Source: the human T2T-CHM13v2.0 reference genome, Homo sapiens
Reading direction: 5' to 3' (one strand)
NCBI RefSeq assembly: GCF_009914755.1
Contig: NC_060926.1
Length of the DNA: 64,000 nucleotides
Position 1 is the stretch's first letter. Every line of letters begins with the position of its first letter. Below the pieces are notes generated by a model. The model searched no databases. It was not told the origin of the DNA and worked only from the letters and a program-made list of their open reading frames with translations. Below, in pieces: positions 49,136 through 64,000 of the stretch. The position numbers and the translations under genes are program-made.

Positions 49136-50229
49136 AGAATGTGTTTTTAATCGAAGTTCAATCCAAGTATCCCCTACTCTAGGTGATTTGATGGCCAGCA
49201 TATTTGGGAAGTACTAATTTGGAAAGTGACTGCTTGTTTATTGGAAGAGGAATGAAATTGGAGGTGCTTGAAGGATCTCCAACCTTAAACCAATGCGAGT
49301 TAGTGAATAATATGTTATCGTATACTTGTAACTCAGTTTATATAGTTTGTACCATACTATAGTAAAAGTGGTTAAGTACTTCAATTTTAATCCCACTGAG
49401 TTTGACTTTAAAGAATCATCTCTCAAAAGTAGCCTTGGAAAGTTGTTGGATAAAGCTTCTATGGAAATCTGGTTGAGGGGAGAAAAAATCAGTTTTAAAT
49501 GGTGGTTTTATGACTTAAACCATCGTGTTAAATTTTTTAATAAAATATTTAACCACTTACTGAGTTCTTCCTTTCTGGCAGGTGTTGTAAACTCTATAAG
49601 AAAGTGACTTATTTTGCCTACCATTATATTGCCAATCCTAACATGTAATGGATGTTTGGTAAATTTTTGTTGAATGAAAAAAAAAAATGCACTGAATTGC
49701 TACTCGTGGCAGCTTTGGTAAAATTAAGGTTTTTGCCCAGCTTTACCTTAAATTTCCTTTTTGGACAAGTCATTGAACCTCTTTGGTTTAATCTCATTTC
49801 CTTCACCCTTAAAAAGCATGCCAGGTTTTCAGATATAAGCTAAAATAGCTGCAAGGTCCTGCCCTAATATTTTGATGGGGAATATAAACTTTAGATGAGT
49901 TAAAACAGATCCTCAGTAATGCATATTACCTTCCACTTAATAGGTGCACTTTAATTGAATAAATGAATCTTAATCCAGCTCTTCTTTTGTTTGTTTTACG
50001 AACGTTTAAATCAAAACTCAGAAAGAATGTGTCATTAGGCTAATAATGCTTTTTGATCTGTAGGACCTCCTGTACTAGAATTCAGGTCCCGGCTTTCATA
50101 CGATGTTCTTTCTGGGTAAAATTTCAGTTCTGAGTCATCTGCAGAGAGAATTATTTTTCTGGTTCCTGATTTGTATTTAAAATACGTGCTAATCTGACTT
50201 TGTACCACAAAGTGAGTTGCATATTCTGC

Positions 50230-50420
50230 CTAGAATCACACTACCAAGCCCACAGATGATACCTGTTAACTAGAGCAACTTATTTAACCTCTCTCTCCCT
50301 CAGTGTGCTCATCTATAAAATAGGAATAATAATAGTGCTTATCTTATAGGACTGTAGTGAGGATTAAACACATTAATATACATAAAGTACTTGGAAAAGT
50401 TCTGTAAGTGACAGATGCTA
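50230..50420 (+). mobile_element. MIR
   Basis: ttatttaacctctct...cctcagtgtgctcatctataaaataggaataataatag. Confidence 0.85.
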
Positions 50421-50531
50421 CTGCTATTATTATTGTTGTTCTTGTTGTTACTTATTTGTTTTAGATTCTGACCAAAATAAGGCATTAGAATGTTTTCTTG
50501 GTTATTTTTTTAACTTTCCTGTCCTGTTTAG

Positions 50532-50852
<321 letters not shown>

Positions 50853-51349
50853 TAAATCCTTAAGGTAGGCTGTGGAGTGTTAGTGAGGATTGGAAAAGAA
50901 GAAAACTTTATGATGTTTGCCATGGATAGATTTGTCTGTGTAATGTATTGGTAAAGAGAAGTAACATTCTCCCAAAATTTATGGAGATTTTTCAATGAGA
51001 ATACTTTAAACGAATCTCCTAAAATTTTATGTGTGAAATATATATAAATGTATTTTCTGGAGAAAGATACTAGGGTTTTAAAAATCATTTTATTCTGCAT
51101 GGCACCTAGATTCTTTAATAGTATACTTGTTGAGATGGAAGCTGCAAATGGTTGAAAACTACTAGATAGATTATGTATGTTAAAGGAGTTGGAGGAACAA
51201 AAAAACCATCTCTATGAGTGATATGATATTAGATTAGCTTTTCAAGATAGTCATCAGAGAGTCACATTAAATCCTATGTTGTTGTGATTTTTTTCCTATG
51301 ATATTCAATAGAATTTTTCAGTCATATAAAAAGATAAAGGAATTATTTA

Positions 51350-51665
<316 letters not shown>

Positions 51666-54600
51666 AACCAATACTTGTATGCCCATCTTTCAAGTTGAGA
51701 TACAACAAGTATAGTTGAATCTTCCTGTGTATCTACAGTTAAATGTTAAAGTGTATTTAAATATAATTTCATTTTAAATTTGAAGCACCGGTATGGTCTG
51801 AGTTTATTATTCATCTGCTTTTTGAACAGTTTTCACTGATTGATATCTCTCAGGAAAAATATAGACTTCGGAATCACACAAAAAACAAGCTTATATATTC
51901 CATGGTATATTCTACTTCCTATTTCTGCCTCCAACAAGTAGAAGAATAGGGTATGCATATGATACCTGGTGGGAGTAGTATTCCACCTGTGTTTATGGTC
52001 GGTAGTAAAAATTAACCCACTTCTTTTCTATCAGTAAGAGATGCCAAGTGTGGATAATCACAAAGCCTCAAGCTGTACACTCTCTGATGAGGAGGGAAGA
52101 GTGGCTGGATGCTGTCCTACTTCAAATGGCAAACGATGTCTGCATTCTCCCCTCTGGAAACTCACCAGCTGTATTTCCATATTGACACTTTTCCCTAATC
52201 ACACCTTCCCACTTATTTTTGGCTACATGTATTATGATAAGGATGATAGAAAACATTTATGTTTTAAGATTACTTTTTTAAAGCATTTATGTTTTGAGAT
52301 CACTTTTTTAAGACAAATAACCAAATAATCAGTATATTCAATTATAATGTTAAGAGATTAGCCAAATGATCTTTTAAAGGCCCTTCCCACTAGTAGATCT
52401 ATGAAAATGATAAAGCATTATATCTCATATTGAAGTTTTGCTGATTTTTCACTGAGGACAACAAAAATTCTTTGGAGTTATTTAGGAGTTTTAAAAGTAT
52501 AAATTAGAGACCACAAAAAAGGGACTGCTGCTTAATGTTTTACATCCCCCAAAATGTGGTTAACACCCCACTCAGGGCATGCTTAGCTTGGTTGGTAATT
52601 ACAATTGAGCTGTAAAATATTTTGACAGTTTCCAACTGTTGTGTACTTGTTAGTCATTTGGTGGCAAATGCAATTTGGTGAGGTTTTTTTGGTGGGGCAT
52701 GTTTAATTAAGAATCTTTCAATTAAGTGGTATGTCACAGTAAGCATTGATACAAAGTTTTGCATCTATGAGCTACTTTTACATTTTATCCAAAGTGGAAA
52801 AATGTATTTCTTTAAAAACACTTTTATATGTAGAAGGTTTTAAAGTAGAAACATTAAAAGTGGAGGCTTTTATGCCTCTTCTTTTCATGATAAGCTTTTA
52901 CTTGTCGTCTAGTAAAGCATAACTCCTCAATACTTAATTTGTAGCCTGAACATTGTATATGATTTTCCTGGGTAAATGAATTCAATGGCAAATCAATCAA
53001 ATTGCTCATGATAATTACAGAACAGAAAAGAGGGGTTGGATAGATTTTTGTTACATGTTTTTATCCTTTGTTTATAACACCAAAGCTAATAATGAGGTAA
53101 TTTGGGTCATATGACAATTCCTAGAAAGAGAGTGTCAAACCTTTTCAATCAGGCAGGTTGACTGTTTAGACAGAATAGTGTAACCACAGCATTTTAAAAA
53201 AAATCTCTGTTAAGCATACAGCTATTAGATAAATCATTATTTCTGAAATTATAGAGCTAAATGAGAGTGGGAGGAACTTATGCCCTGGTCAGTGTATCCA
53301 AGGGTAAAACAGTAAAAAACTCATCCTCATTCACTTGAAAAACTATTATTTAAAAGTTGCAGTTGTCTCTAGGGAAATCTTCAAACATCTTACTCTATTT
53401 TGTTTATATGAATTTTGCTTATGACACTACCAATATATGTAAAGATTCTTGGGGGGAGAAAAACAGGAATTCTGTGAAGCCAGTTCATTAGTTCTTTAAT
53501 GTTTCTAATTTTTTCTTCAAAAATACGTGAATATAAATATTAAAATCAAATGTTAAACTGAATTGACTTGTACTATATTAGTTTAGGTTTTATTTTGAAA
53601 TGTATAATCTCCCCAGTCAATGTTAGGAAATTCCTTGGACAAACCATCTATATTTGCTGTTATAATCTGTATATTTAGTGAGCAAAAGGACTGAAATGAG
53701 GTCAGGGAAAGGATTGGGAGTAAGCTTGTAATTATTGGCTCTACTTAGAGAACTGAGTAAGGTAATTAAAAATATTAAGTTGGTTCCATGACTGTATGCA
53801 TTTGTATAAACTATATACTTTAACAGGGTGAATGTTGCTATAAATTATACTTCAATAAATGAGCCCTTAAAAATCTAAATAAAAATAAACTTAGGTTGAA
53901 AAGGAATGCCCAAGTCACATCCCAATATCATAAAATCTGTTATATCACTAACTTAGCCAAAATTGCATTCATAATTGAATTTGATTTAGCCTTGTCCAAT
54001 AAAGGCCAAAATTTGCAGAAAAGTTGGATAAAATGGCCTAAGTATTGCCCTTAGATATTACATTTATATGTGCTATTATAGTCTATTATTAATATATATG
54101 TAAAATGTTTCTCTTGGAAATATCTAAAAATGTGCCTTCCCCATAGTTGGCATTCCTAGATCGGCATTTCCCTTTCATTAATGTTTTTATATGGTCTATG
54201 TATACGTATGGATCTTTTAAAAATTCACATTGGTATTACCGTAAAAAAGAATTTCTTTGTAAAGATTCTTTTTGCTATCATAGTACCTAATTTTATATAC
54301 AAACTGTGATTGCATAGTTTTTAAAATGAATTTTTGAAATGCAGGTTATATTTTAAATGTATACCAGAAGAAGAATTCCATAATTATTTCATAAAAGTGA
54401 AGAGCTACCATTTAACTTTACTAATTTATAAATCGGTAGTATATCTCACTTAAATTACATTCAATAATAGGGCTATAGGAAAAATAGACTTAATCTGAAC
54501 AGTAAATAACATGCATCCCATTTTATATGGATTTTAATTTTCTCTTTTTTATTTTAGTAATTGTAAAAGAAAAAGATATGCTGAATAAGACAGCACGCTA

Positions 54601-55119
54601 TTTGAGCCCTTTTGGGCATGTCACATGTATAATTTTACTTAGATGGGAATACTAAATATTGTGAAAGCATCCCTCTTTCCTAGATACTTTATAGATTTGA
54701 TATAACCATAATCAAAATACAAACAGGATTTTTGAGGGGATGGTATCAAAATGATTAAAAATTTATTTGGAAAATAAATGTTTAAGGATTTAAAAAAAAT
54801 TTTTTTTAAGATAATTGTTAATGGGGTTTGATTAGGCATACAGGATACTAAAGCAGTATATACGATAACAACGTACTGGTAAAAACAGTAGGTAGATAAC
54901 TGAAGCAAAACATCTACCCCAGAAACAAACACAATCTCATTCAGACACCATACACAACACATTTGCATAATCATTTAATATACAATAACAGGAGTATCAC
55001 AGAACAATGAAATACTATTTGGGAAGTGATGTTGGATAATAACATAGAACTTTAATTCACACCATTCACTAAAATGTATTCTAGGTAGATGAAAGCATTA
55101 CAGCATTAAATTTAAAATG

Positions 55120-55240
55120 AGCTAGGTGTGGTAGTGCACATGTGTAGTCCCAGATACTTGGGAGGCTGAAGTGGGAGGATGACTTGAGCCCAGGAGTTTG
55201 AGTCCAGCCTGGGCAACATAGTGAGATCTTGTCTCTAAAA
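55120..55240 (+). mobile_element. FLAM monomer
   Basis: Single-arm Alu ending cagcctgggcaacatagtgagatcttgtctctaaaa. Confidence 0.85.
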
Positions 55241-55390
55241 TAATAGAACTTTTAATTAATGAAATATATTTTAAAAGAAAAAGAAAATATAATAATATTA
55301 CTGGATCTCTGGAGGGAAAATAACTTTCTGAACCAGAAGAAGCAAAAGATAGACAAGATAGGCAAATTGGACTCTATAAAAATTAAAATG

Positions 55391-55687
55391 GGCCAGGTGC
55401 AGTGGCTCACACCTGTAATCCCAGCACTTTGGGAGGCCAAGGCGGGTAGATCACTTGAGGCCAGGAGTTCAAGACCAGCCTGGCCAATATGGTGAAACTC
55501 CAGCTCTACTAAAAAATGCAAAAATTAAACAGGCATGGTGGTGCACGCCTGTAATCCCAGCTACTCGAGTGGATGAGGCTTGAGAATCACTTGAACCCTG
55601 GAGGTGGAATTTGCAGTGAGCCAAGATTGCACCACTGCACACCACCTTGGGCAACAGAGCGAGACTCTGTCTCAAAAAAAAAAAAAA
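55391..55687 (+). mobile_element. Alu (AluSz/Sx-like)
   Basis: Full dimer; TSD aaa(a/t)ttaaaatg. Confidence 0.93.
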
Positions 55688-55759
55688 TTTAAAATGACAA
55701 GTTAAAAAGTGATAGGTAAGGATGATATATTTCCATATTTCCAAGATTAGAAAAAGAAC

Positions 55760-56058
55760 TAATAGCTATTTTTCCATATATATTTATATATAAATAATTT
55801 TATAATGTGTGTATTATATATCATCAAAATATATTTTATAATATTGTGTATGTTATTGTATATATTATCTTTTATATATAAACATAAAATTTACATACAC
55901 AAATTTTATTAAAATATAAATATATTCATTGTGTATATAAAATATAGCTATTATATACAGTATACAATTTAATAGCTATTACAATATGCAATATTACATA
56001 TACTGTACAATTTATATTGTATATATGTATAAATAAAAGACATACACATATATATATA
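55760..56058. repeat. AT-rich / (TA)n low-complexity tract
   Basis: Direct reading; atagctatt recurs three times. Confidence 0.85.
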
Positions 56059-56500
56059 TCATGTGTTACTTAATGATTGGGATACATTCTGAGAAATGTG
56101 CCATTAGGCAGTTTTGTCATTATATGAACATCTTAGAGCACATTTACACAAAGCTAGATGGTGTAGTGTACTACACGACTAGGTTATATGATATGGCCTA
56201 TTGCTGTTAGGCTACAAACTTTTACAGCATGTTACTGTACTGAATACCACGGGCAATTGTAACACAATAGTATTTGTGTATCTAAACATGAAATAGGAGG
56301 GAGGTCAAGGTTGCAGTGAGCTGTGATCATACCACTGCATTCCAGCCTGAGCAGCAGAGTGAGACCCTGTCTCAAAAATGAATGAATAAATGAATGAATG
56401 AATGAAAAGATACAGTAAAAATACAGTATTGCAATCTTATGGTACCACCATCATATATGTAATCTGTCATTGACTGAAACATTATGCAGTACGTGACTAT
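56059..56500. mobile_element. Tigger3a/MER7A-like MITE interrupted by an Alu 3' fragment (56297-56404) with (AATG)n tail
   Basis: gggatacattctgagaaatgtgccattaggc...aatcttatggtaccaccatcatatatg...catgactg-like end. Confidence 0.8.
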
Positions 56501-56981
56501 GTATATTAATATAAACAGATGCGCACGTGTGCACACAGATGCACATGTGTGTGCGCACACACACATTTTAAGGAAAACATTAAGTAGTAACAGAGTTAGG
56601 ATTCAAACCTAGATCTAATTGACTCTATAGTTCAGGTATGTTCTTAATCCCAATGCTGAGTCCTTTTCTTATGCTTTATACTGTGAACATAACTTCTCCC
56701 TCATGGCAGTTTATATATGATTTAGTTATATTAAATTTACAGAACTGAATTGATTTTCACTTGTTTATAACAAAATCAGCCATAGGAAGAAATTGCATGG
56801 CTAAATCATGCTTTCCTATCTGTGAGAAATTGCCTGAATAAAAGCAGCCAGACTTTTTCATTCTTGGACCAGCAAAATGTATAGGAGCATAACAGACCTA
56901 CAGAGGAATGTCTCCCAGCACTTTGATTTCTGATTTATTCTGGTTTCGTTTGTTTAGTTTTTAGGAACTATTGTGTTCCTT

Positions 56982-57277
<296 letters not shown>

Positions 57278-59738
57278 TATTGTGTTTTTTTTCACTGCCT
57301 ATATCATAATCATTAAACCTGGAATTTCTTTCTCTCTACTACTCTTTGATTTACAACTACCGTAGTAAATTTAAAATAAATAATTGTAGTACGGGCTGCT
57401 GGTCCAAATGAGGCACTTATAGAGCCCAAATGCTCTGTTATGGAATAGAATTTTGCATATTTTATTTGCTGTTTTTATAGGCAGATAATCATACAGTATC
57501 CCTTTGTGATTCTAGCAAACTCGGCATCACAATATATTAAATTAATGGCTACAGACTACTCAAGGCCCCAAAAGGAAACATCAGGGATATAAATATAACC
57601 TGCAAGCATCTCTAGTTTGCTGTGCCCTACATCTTTTCATCCTCTTTACTCTTCTCTAATGACATAACAAGGAAATTTTTCTGAAAATGGTGCTTTAGTT
57701 TAGGGTCTTGAATTTAAACTTATGCCCCTAGTTAGTCTTATGATCCTCATTTTACATTGATTCACTGAAAGCTAAAGTTGGTTGATTTGGTCATTTAAAA
57801 ATATGACAATTCCTGGACATGCATATCTGCATTGTCTACGATAGTGGTTCTCAAACTTATTGGTCTCAAGACCTCTTTATGCTCTTAAAAGTTTTTAAGG
57901 AGGTAGAGGATTCTGAGAAAATAACGGGGTAGCAAGCACCAGGAATCTCTCTCCCAACCGAGACAACATTTGCACTGGCAGAATCTGCCAGATGTAACTA
58001 TTTTGGAAACCTGGGGTCTATTGAAGCCTTCCAGGAGAGCCCTTAGATAGTAATTGTAGTCAATTTTGGTCGGTTTCAGCTCTTAGCTCAGCAGTGGCTA
58101 TCCATCCCTGATTCTCCAGCTTCATGGCAGGCAGTCATGTAGGTGTTCCTGGAATAGCTTGCACAGAGCTTGTAGAAGCCAAGGTGGGAAATAAGGACCT
58201 TATCTTTCAAATATCCGAAATTTGTTCTCTTATTGCTGATTGCTGCCTCTGATACAGAAGTGCAGGCAAAGAGGTGGTGGCCATTGTTGCTGTACTTCCC
58301 TCTTTTTGGTGTAAGCCCCTGTCTGCTCTTGCTGATTGAAGTGACTTCCGGGGGACTTAAAGGGCAAGCACCTTTTGTTTTTCTCTTCATTTATCTCTTT
58401 TTCCCCTTTTGGGAGACAGGCATTGAAGACTAGACTATTCAAAAGCAACCATATATATAGGGGAAATTATGAAGTCACTGTGTTTGTCCAGGGAAAGGCA
58501 CAGGTACAGAAAAGACCTGAGATGATTTTAGTTTGTACCTCAGACTAATCCTCAGTACAGGAACCACCTACAATTTTTTTTAAGCACAAACAAATAACAG
58601 GTGGGGAAAGGGAAGAATCTGATTTCTAGAAGGGAATAATGACTTTTAGAGTTATCACATTATTAGATTCCAATGTCTGTTTTTTAATGAAAAGTCATAA
58701 AGCATACAAACAAACAGAAAATTGTGGCCCATTCAAAGGAAAGAAACCAAGAGGAACTGTACCTGAGAAAGATCTAATGTCAGATCTACTACACAAAGAC
58801 TCTAAAGTAGTGTTCTAAAAGACACTCAAAGTACTGAACATATGGAGAGAATTTTATAAAAAGAGATACCTGAACCAAATGGAAATATTAATAAAGAAAA
58901 AACTTTAAAAGAAATGAAAAAAATTCTGGAACTGAAAAGTACAATAACTGAAACAAAAAAATATTCACTAGAGGGATTCAAAGGCATATTTGAGCAGGCA
59001 GAAGAGAGAATCATAGGACAATAAAAGTTAAGGTTGAAGAAAAGGGAACACAGCCTAAAGTACCTGTGAGACACCATCAACTAAACCAACATACACATTT
59101 TGGGATTCCCGGGAGTGGAAAAGACAGAGAAAGGGAGAGATAATATTTGAAGAGATAATGGCTAAAACTTCCCAAATTTCATGAAAGACATGAATGTAAA
59201 CATCTAAGATTAACAAGTTCCAAGTAGGATGAACTCAAAAAGTCCTACACTAAAACTCATTATAATCATTCAACACTGTTGAATGACAAAGAGAATTTTG
59301 AAAGCAGCAAGAGAGAAGTGACTCATCACAAAGGATCCTCATATCAGCAGATTTCTCATCAGTAACTTTTGAGACCAGAAGGCAGTAGACTGATATGATA
59401 TATTCAAACTGCTAAAAGACAAAAAAACTGCCAACCAAGAATCCTATATCTGAAAAAAACTGCCCTTCAAAAATGAGGGAGAAATTAAGACATTCTCAGA
59501 TTAACCAAAGCTAAGGGAATGTATTACAACTAGGTTTGCCCTGCAAGAAGTGCTAAATGGAATCCTAAATGTTGAAATGAAAGGGTATTAGTAACCCAAA
59601 GACATGTAAAATAATAAAGATCCCAGAAAAGGTAGATAGGTGGGCAATTATAAAAGCTGGTGTTATTGTAACAATGGTGTAAACATAATTTAAGAGATGA
59701 ATGCATTAATTTAAGAGATTCAGGCATATTCTGATTAA

Positions 59739-60048
<310 letters not shown>

Positions 60049-60216
60049 CTGATTAATCATAATTAGATTAATTAATGCAAAATTCTGTTTGGATAAACAG
60101 TGTGTAAAGATGTAATTTTGATATCAACAGCTAAAAGGTTATTGATGGAGCTATTAGAAGAGAAGCTGTTAGAAGTTACTGAAGTTAAACTGGTATGAAT
60201 TCAAATTACAGTGTTA

Positions 60217-60544
<328 letters not shown>

Positions 60545-60750
60545 GTAATCCCCATGATAACCACAAAGAAAATAACAAAAGAACATACGCTAAAGGAAAT
60601 GAGAAAGAAATTTTAAAATTTCACTCTGGAAAAAAAAAATACACACAAAAGAAGGCAATAATGTAGGAAATGAAGGACAAAAAAGACTATGAGGCATACA
60701 GAAAACAACTAGCAAAATGATGGAAGTAAGTCCCTTCTTATCACAAATTA

Positions 60751-61445
<695 letters not shown>

Positions 61446-61669
61446 TACTTCAAATGGATTAAACCCTCCAAAGGTAGACTTTGGTGGAATGGGTGAAAAC
61501 ACATGATCTAATAATTGCTGTCTACAGGAGACTCACTTTGTATCCAAAGACACAAATACGTTGAAAGTGAAAAGACAGAAAAGAATAATCCACGTAAATA
61601 GTAACCAGGATGCTTATACTAATATCAGACAAAATGGACTAAATTTAAAAAGGTTATAGGGAAGATGCA

Positions 61670-64000
61670 GGAATGACATCAGCAAGATGGCAGACTAGAG
61701 ACACCTGGCATTCATCTTCCCTACAAGAAAGAATAAATACAAGGAATAAATAGCCAAGATTTGACAGGAGTGTCAAAGAAAGAGCAGTGGAGTACAGCAG
61801 TGGAGTGGAGAAACACCTATGGTGATAGGAAGTCCAGGAGGGCAGCATGAAGGCAGCCAGTCTCTGCAGTCCTGTCTCCCTTCCATTCCTTAGGATTTAA
61901 TCAACCTGGAGTCAGGAGAGAACTTCTTGTTGTGGGTAACAGGTAAGCAGAAGATCTCCATTAACCCCCATTGCCACTGCAAACACCTTACAACAGTATA
62001 GTTGTTACAACAGGAGAATCCCACAGTCTCCATTTGGATAGCTACCAGGAAATCATGCAGCTGCATTGCCCCAGTTAAGAGCATAAGGTGTGCACTCCCC
62101 ATACTTCACCCACCTCCTATGAGCCAAGCTCCTGAAGCATGGTGACATCTTGAGACCAGGGACACCTCTGAAGTGTGCCCTTCTCTGGGGGCACATAGTC
62201 ACTGCACCTGTCTAACACTGGGGCTCCATCTTCATTCCTCCAAACCTACACCAGTGGCTGAACACCACAACCTCAGCAATACAAAATCTGGACCCAAGAT
62301 TGGCTATGACATTGGTCCTGCAAAGCATGAAAACCAACTCTCACTACCCTCACTTCCAGCCAGAGGAACAGCCTGGCAGTCTTGCCCAGGGTGAACCTAC
62401 CCATGAGCTGGCCAAATAGCCACATGCCCATCTTCATAGGGGAGAGGCCCTCAAGCCTCTGAACAGCTGACATTCTCAGGCTGGCAGAGCAGCTATGTGA
62501 TTGCACCCTGAGAAATAACACTGAGGTGCCCCACCCTCTACAGAAAAGTCCCTGACCTGCCAATTGGCCCCATGCCCACAGCAAGAGCCTGAGAAACATC
62601 TCTGCAGGCTGGCCCTGGCAGAAACACTCCCAGGTCATCCAAGCAGCTTTGCACCCATGCCCCAGGAGTGAGAAGTAGCTCTACATGCTGCCTCTGGCAA
62701 GGAGCTCCCAGGCTGCCTACACAGCTATGTGCCAGCATCCCAGGCCTGAGAGGCAATCTTAGGAGCATAAGGTGTGCAGTCCCCATAACCCACCAACCCT
62801 CTATGACCCAAGAAACACTCCGAGGCCTAAGAAGCAACTTTGCAGTTCACCCCTGGCAGGCATGCCCCAGACCAACCAAATAGCCTTGCACCTGTGTACT
62901 AGGACTGCAAAACAGTCCTGTGGGCCACACCTGGCAAACACACCCCCAAACCAGCTGACTGCATCATGGCCCTGAGAAGCAACTCTGCGATCCACCTCCA
63001 GTGGACACATCAACAGGCCAACTGAGCAGCTATGTGTCTGTGTCTCAAGTCTGAGAAACAGCCTCATGGGTCCCTACCCAGTAGACACAACCTAAGGCCA
63101 GCTGAACAGCTTGTACCCATATCCCAAGCCTGAGAAACAGCCATCCTGTGGATCGCCCCCAGCAAACATGCCTTTAGGCCAGCTGAGGAGCCATGTACCA
63201 GCATATCATGCCTGAGAAACAGCCCCACAGGCAACCCCTGGTGGGCATACCCCCAGGTTCAATGAACAGCCCTATGCTTGTTCTCCCAGCCAAAGTAACC
63301 TATGGCCACAGGAGAAGCAGTAGTAAATGGCAAGTTTATAGCAATAAATGCCTACATCAAAAAATGAGGAAGAGTTCTAATAAACAACCTAACAATGCAC
63401 TAGAAAAGCAAGAGCAAACCAAAACATTGTAAAAGAAATAATAAAGATCAGAGCAGAGATAAATGAAATTGAGACTGAAAAAATACAGAAGTTCAATGAA
63501 ACAAAAAGTTGATTTTTTGAAAAGATAAACGAAATCAACACACCATTAGCTAGACTGGGAAAAAAGAGAGAAGACCCAAATAAATCAGAAATGAAAAAGG
63601 AGACATCACAACAGATACCACAGAAATACAGAAGATTATTAGAGACAACTATGAATGACTTTATGACAATAAATTTGAAAACCTAGAGGAAATGGATAAA
63701 TTCCTGGACACATATCTACCAAGATCAAACCAAGAAGAAATAGAAAACCTTGAATAGACCAATAAGTAAAAAGATTGAATCAGTAATATAAAGTATTCCA
63801 ACAATGTAAAGTTCAGGACCAGATGGCTTCGTTGCTGAATTCTACCCAACCCTTAAAGAAGAATTAATACCAATTCCTCTCAAACTACTCCAAAGAATGG
63901 AAGCAAAGGGAATCCTTTCCAATTCTTTCTATGAGGCCAGCATAACATTGACATCAAAACCAGCCAAGGATACAACAATAAAAACCCACTACAGACCAGT
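61670..64000 (+). mobile_element. L1 (L1PB/L1MA-like): 5'UTR with tandem subunits fused directly to ORF2; runs off the window
   Basis: Start gacatcagcaagatggcaga; cctgagaaacagcc subunits at 62350-63295; ORF2 sequence from ~63297 (gtttatagcaataaatgcctacatcaaaaa). Confidence 0.85.

Noticed and set aside
61890-63432. Cluster of 60-120 aa ORFs on both strands
   Set aside because: GC-richer L1 5'UTR subunits have few stop codons; there is no protein-like signal.

Overview
Primate (almost certainly human) genomic DNA from inside the EHBP1 gene, + strand. Only two coding exons are present (3809-4049, 241 nt; 13424-13610, 187 nt). They splice in frame and encode the NPF-motif region (three NPF motifs) just upstream of the calponin-homology domain. 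The remaining ~50 kb is one large intron whose next exon I could not find in the window. About half of the window is transposon fossils: ~30 Alus/monomers, a near-full-length sense-strand L1PA15/16-like element carrying a nested MaLR LTR and an Alu, older L1M/L2/MIR pieces, Tigger and hAT MITEs, and microsatellites. Essentially all of the supplied ORFs are repeat or low-complexity artefacts. I see no convincing new biological system. The observations most worth checking are a short frame resembling a Tc1 transposase N-terminus (~41.3 kb), a twin-priming L1 inversion next to a probable deletion scar (28.1-29.9 kb), a 34-bp-spaced inverted Alu pair, a 38-bp near-perfect palindrome, and a GC-rich insert at ~43.6 kb. 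Repeat subfamily names are by-eye assignments from remembered consensus sequences, and repeat boundaries are approximate unless a TSD is quoted.
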